A stretch of DNA of 64,000 nucleotides from Sphingobacterium sp. (GTDB lineage: Bacteria; Bacteroidota; Bacteroidia; Sphingobacteriales; Sphingobacteriaceae). Position 1 is the stretch's first letter; every line of letters begins with the position of its first letter. The notes beneath the pieces are model-generated. The model was not told the DNA's origin. It did not search any database and was given only the letters and a program-made list of their open reading frames with translations. Shown here piece by piece: positions 62,470 to 64,000 of this stretch. Both the position numbers and the translations under genes were made by a program. The stretch is from assembly GCA_022712315.1 (NCBI GenBank), contig JALAGS010000080.1, positions 21,209 through 85,208 on the forward strand, written 5' to 3'.

Positions 62470-63756
62470 ATGCCAGAATTGATTCAAGATAAAACAATAT
62501 TTTCCTTACTGGAAGTCAGCCGCAGTATCCAAAAGACGCTTGCAGAACGGTATAAGAGTTTGTATTGGATTAAAGCCGAAATGAATAAGCTTAATCATTA
62601 TACACATTCGGGCCATTGCTATCCTGAACTGGTCGAAAAACAGGATGGCAAAATTGTCGCCGAGATTCGGTCCATCTTATGGAAAGCTGATTATAATCGG
62701 ATCAACAGCAATTTCCTTAAAATTGCTCAAGAACCGCTACGGGAGGGGATCACGATGTTATTTCAGGCAAGTATCTCCTATGATCCCATGTACGGGCTTA
62801 GTCTACGTATTGTTGATATTGATCCGACATTTACCCTGGGTGAACTTGAAAAGGAGAAGATAGACAGTATTCGAAAGCTGAAAGCAGAGGGCATTTACGA
62901 GTCCAATAAATCACTTCCCTTTCCCGTCGTTCCCAAACGGTTGGCGATTATTTCAGTGGAAACAAGTAAAGGGCTTTCGGATTTTTACAAGATTATCAAC
63001 CAAAATCCCTGGGGCTACCGCATCGAATGCACGCTCTTCCCGGCCTTATTACAAGGGGACAAGTCAGTACCTTCTATTATCAATCAACTTGCTGTTATAG
63101 CCGAAAGAATTAGCATGTATGATGTTGTCGCTATTATTCGCGGTGGCGGTGGGGAGGTCGGACTTTCCAGTTACAACAATTATCTATTGGCACGGGCTAT
63201 TGCTATATTTCCCATCCCTGTATTGACTGGAATTGGGCATTCGACCAACTATACTGTTAGCGAAATGGTCGCCTATAAGAATGCGATTACCCCCAGTGAA
63301 CTTGCCGATTTTCTGATCCAGAAGTTTCATAATTTTGCCATCCCAATCGATCGGGCTGCAGAGCGTATACAGCAGCTGATTCTTACCCGATTTAAAGAAG
63401 AACGTCATACACTGTCTCAACTGGCAACGCATATTCAATGGGTCGGAAAAAGAGAAATTCAGATCTCAAGCACGGCTATACAACAAATTCAAAATGAGCT
63501 TCACTCACTAATAAAATTACGATTTTATGAATGCAAAACGGCTCTGGCACATACCGAGCGGATTATTCAGCTCTCTGATCCAATTCGCCTTTTAAAACAA
63601 GGCTTTTCAATTACGAAGGTCAATGGTAAACTGCTTCAATCCGTTACGCAAGTATCTCCGGGAGATGTCATACAGACGATACTTGAATATGGAGAACTTA
63701 CCAGTACGGTAACGGATAAATCGCCGCAAGAAACTCATGAAGATACCAAAAATTAA
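62470..63756 (+). CDS. xseA: Exodeoxyribonuclease VII large subunit
   Basis: WIKAEM..SGHCYPEL OB-fold, RGGGG, GIGH..AYKNAITPSE, LKQGFSI. Confidence 0.93.
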   Translation: MPELIQDKTIFSLLEVSRSIQKTLAERYKSLYWIKAEMNKLNHYTHSGHCYPELVEKQDGKIVAEIRSILWKADYNRINSNFLKIAQEPLREGITMLFQASISYDPMYGLSLRIVDIDPTFTLGELEKEKIDSIRKLKAEGIYESNKSLPFPVVPKRLAIISVETSKGLSDFYKIINQNPWGYRIECTLFPALLQGDKSVPSIINQLAVIAERISMYDVVAIIRGGGGEVGLSSYNNYLLARAIAIFPIPVLTGIGHSTNYTVSEMVAYKNAITPSELADFLIQKFHNFAIPIDRAAERIQQLILTRFKEERHTLSQLATHIQWVGKREIQISSTAIQQIQNELHSLIKLRFYECKTALAHTERIIQLSDPIRLLKQGFSITKVNGKLLQSVTQVSPGDVIQTILEYGELTSTVTDKSPQETHEDTKN

Positions 63757-63798
63757 GTGAAGCTATTGAGCAAAAAAAATTTTAAACAAGAATAAAGA

Positions 63799-64000
63799 AT
63801 GGAACAGCATTATACGTATACAGATGCCTTTAATGAGTTACAGATCATTGTAAGGGAGATTGAAAATGGAACAACTAATATTGATGAGCTCGCCGGAAAA
63901 ATCAAAAGAGCATCCGATCTTATTCAAATCTGTAAAGCCAAATTAACAGCGACAGAAGACGAAGTGAACAGTTTATTGCAAAAGCTATCCCCGGATCAGG
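63799..64000 (+). CDS. xseB: Exodeoxyribonuclease VII small subunit (runs off window)
   Basis: Manual translation MEQHYTYTDAFNELQIIVREIENG..IDEL..KIKRASDLIQICKAKL; follows xseA. Confidence 0.9.
   Translation, partial: MEQHYTYTDAFNELQIIVREIENGTTNIDELAGKIKRASDLIQICKAKLTATEDEVNSLLQKLSPDQ

Overview
Chromosomal segment of a Bacteroidota bacterium, most likely Sphingobacterium-like. This rests on TAnnTTTG housekeeping promoters, a SusC/SusD pair, a GLPGLI protein, PafA and a NagB-PIG-L fusion; the genus call is inference from gene content. I can support 41 CDSs (rarA and xseB truncated by the window edges; prfB split by its programmed +1 frameshift), one tRNA-Glu(TTC), many intrinsic terminators and several promoter/operator motifs. 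I saw no CRISPR array, transposase, integrase or prophage. Most of the window is housekeeping. The most interesting signals are: (1) a ~190-bp intergenic inverted-repeat element built on a strict 11-bp period (5x TTCG ... 4x GTAG, 5x CGAA) directly upstream of a sigma54-type promoter, with a second 11-bp-periodic tract near radA; (2) a two-gene operon pairing a class-I hyaluronan-synthase/NodC-like GT2 with a TviB/WbpO-type UDP-HexNAc dehydrogenase, behind a sigma54-like promoter; (3) a CAZyme-free ECF-sigma/FecR/SusC/SusD locus whose only enzyme is a metallophosphoesterase-beta-propeller fusion, with an antisense-oriented terminator before susC; (4) a family of related hairpins with compensatory changes between convergent genes. 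All calls come from motif reading by eye; no database searches were run.
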